Shown: in pieces, positions 62,401 through 64,000 of the stretch
Layout: each line of letters starts with the position of its first letter
Numbering within the stretch: the first letter of the stretch is position 1
From: Dicyema japonicum
Taxonomy: Eukaryota > Animalia > Dicyemida
Reading direction: 5' to 3'
DNA length: 64,000 nt
Assembly: GCA_011109175.1 (NCBI GenBank)
Contig: RDEW01000045.1
Location: forward strand, 364,748-428,747
Made by a program: the position numbers and the translations under genes
The notes under the pieces: generated by a model
What the model was told of the DNA's origin: nothing
Seen by the model: the letters and a program-made list of their open reading frames with translations, nothing else
Database searches by the model: none

Positions 62401-63446
62401 AAAACTCACAGCTTGAAGACCCAAATTTTCAATGTTTTAACAAAAATGACAATTTTGAAAAGGTCATTAATGACTCAAATGTGAAAGCTTCTCGCAAGGA
62501 AATCTCAGACATGGAAACTTCTAATGTAGAAGCCTCTTACTTGGAAAGATATATTAAAGAGGACTCAAATTCAAATGGAGACGACCTAAACACAGAAAAT
62601 AATCTGGAAAATATTATGTTGGAGGATCCAATCATGGAAAGATTAATAACAGAGACCTTGAGTATAAAAAGATCGGAAGATTCTGATGTAGAAGTATACA
62701 AGTCGAAAATTTCTAATTCTTTTGATCCAAGTAAAGAAGATTCTTGCACAGAGGACTCAAATATGGAAACCTCTGATATGATAAACTCCAATTTGGATGA
62801 CCAAAGAATAGAAAGTTTGCACGTGGAAAAGCCAAAAGTTGAAAATTCAAATATGAATGAAGAAATGCCTGTAGATTCAATAAAATGCCAAATCACTTCA
62901 GGAATGATCAATCTTGAATCTTTATTAGAAGTGGTTGAAAATGATGATATTGTTGAATTAAAGCAACCAATGGGAATTCTGTTGAAGAAACCGAAATTAG
63001 ACGCTAAAGCAGATATCACTAATATAAAACCAAGTTCAATAATTAGCCAGACAGTCAAAAAAACTACAAAAACTGACGATTTGTGTTACTACCTCACAGT
63101 CGTGCAAATCCCTGTGGATAAGAGTAATGACGGTCGGAATTTGGTTTCAAGAAGATTTTTTAATGTTGTAAGGGCGAATTATTATATATTCTCTTCTGCC
63201 GATGGAGACGACGTGAAGATCCTGGATAGTCTGTTGGCTGCTCGGAGATCTTGGGGAGAGGAGGTCAAAAACATGGAGGTAACTATCGTTCCAACCTACG
63301 ATACTAAAGTCCTCTATGATTGGATGCTTACTAACCAAGATGCTCTAAATTCTCTCAAAGTGAAGGTTGACCCTGCTTGCAAGAGATGCAAGATTATAAT
63401 AAACGAGAACCAAGAAGCATGTTATGCTGGAAAGATTGTTATTTAG
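59488..63446 (+). CDS. MAP1: Microtubule-associated protein 1 (MAP1A/B/S, futsch-like) polyprotein
   Basis: N-terminal LFSVPGFTMMINCG..WNLLKHFSALDSLII and VLYKRVGIGTLSL, a basic then acidic low-complexity middle, and a C-terminal light-chain domain (FFNVVRANYYIFS..LDSLLAARRSWG..VTIVPTYDT..W). Several tiny 5' introns; a -1 frame break near 61910. The start is inferred. Confidence 0.88.
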
Positions 63447-63711
63447 TGGATTAATATTTATTTAGATTCAGTTTCTTTAATCATTTACTTATTATTTACT
63501 AATATAGTTTACAAGAATTATGTGGAATCCTTTCCAAACTTGGAAATGTCGCCCCTCCTATCTATTTAGTGTTAAAGATCCCTTCAATTTAGATTTTTGA
63601 TTTTTTATGATTGTTCTATTTTGTCATTTCTAATAAATATCAAAGTCTATATTCTTAACAAACACAACTCTCGTGGATTTCCCATTGTCTATTCTTTAGT
63701 TATGTGCTCTT

Positions 63712-63892
63712 TACCGGGTGACGCAGTGTTAAAAGTCGGAAAAAAGTCTGATAGCCCCTAGTTCGAATTTAGCTGCTGTACATTCCGGCTGAAGTTTCTA
63801 CGTATACGATGCTTTCGTTTGACGCGTGACTCCGTCATTATTGAAAATCTCACTGGAGAAAAGGACTCACATCAAACAAAAATAAAAAAAAA
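63712..63892 (+). mobile_element. tRNA-derived SINE-like element, copy 2
   Basis: A-box-like TGACGCAGTG and B-box-like AGTTCGAATT. The body tacgatgct..gtttgacgcgtgactccgtcat..ctcactg..aaggac is shared with 9489-9690, and the element ends in an A-rich tail. Confidence 0.65.
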
Positions 63893-64000
63893 GTTAATAT
63901 AATTCTTTGGTTCTCCCCCATCGATTAGTTATGATAACTTCTTTACTTAAATAATGTGTTTGTCCTGTCTGGGAGGAACTATGGTTAATATGGATATATT

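Noticed and set aside
62537-63058. Long antisense ORFs (e.g. 62537-63058, 54541-55032, 26530-26982, 44197-44595)
   Set aside because: These are shadow frames opposite well-supported coding sequences, with no independent motifs.
1-64000. Prokaryotic RT systems (retron, DGR, group II intron) or CRISPR arrays
   Set aside because: All RTs have non-LTR retrotransposon motifs with APE or REL domains, genes have spliceosomal introns, and no repeat-spacer array is visible.

Overview
AT-rich eukaryotic (animal) genomic DNA. The host genes carry extremely short GT-AG introns of 20-26 nt. Together with animal-type genes, this fits a miniaturised parasitic metazoan such as a dicyemid (inference, not proven). 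Host genes recognised: a 5'-truncated MTPAP/TUT1-family nucleotidyltransferase (4.3-5.2 kb), a TRPV-type channel with about 18 ankyrin repeats (24.0-27.7 kb, -), a divergent Dicer (29.5-33.1 kb, +), a HIPK-like kinase (33.5-36.4 kb, -), RPL35A plus an adjacent orphan gene (50.6-51.7 kb, -) and a MAP1/futsch-like gene (59.5-63.4 kb, +). The rest is a dense patchwork of transposon pieces: R4/Dong-like, CRE-like (with PHD finger), RTE and Ingi/Jockey-like non-LTR retrotransposons; hAT, Tc1 and pogo/Tigger DNA transposons; and two copies of a tRNA-headed SINE. Positions 1-4328 are duplicated at 13664-18008. Many single-base indels in homopolymers suggest an unpolished long-read assembly, which limits all frameshift-based conclusions. 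Main observations: (1) a Dicer with an intact RNase IIIa site but an RNase IIIb site altered at three of four catalytic acidic residues, and no visible ATPase motifs or dsRBD; (2) an HDV-like ribozyme fold at retroelement 5' ends, one copy followed by a 2A/StopGo-like motif; (3) the long-ankyrin TRPV; (4) a SINE family with a conserved structured core; (5) a canonical G-GGU-UUA slippery heptamer at the MAP1 -1 frame break. All family calls come from motif recognition by eye; no database search was run.
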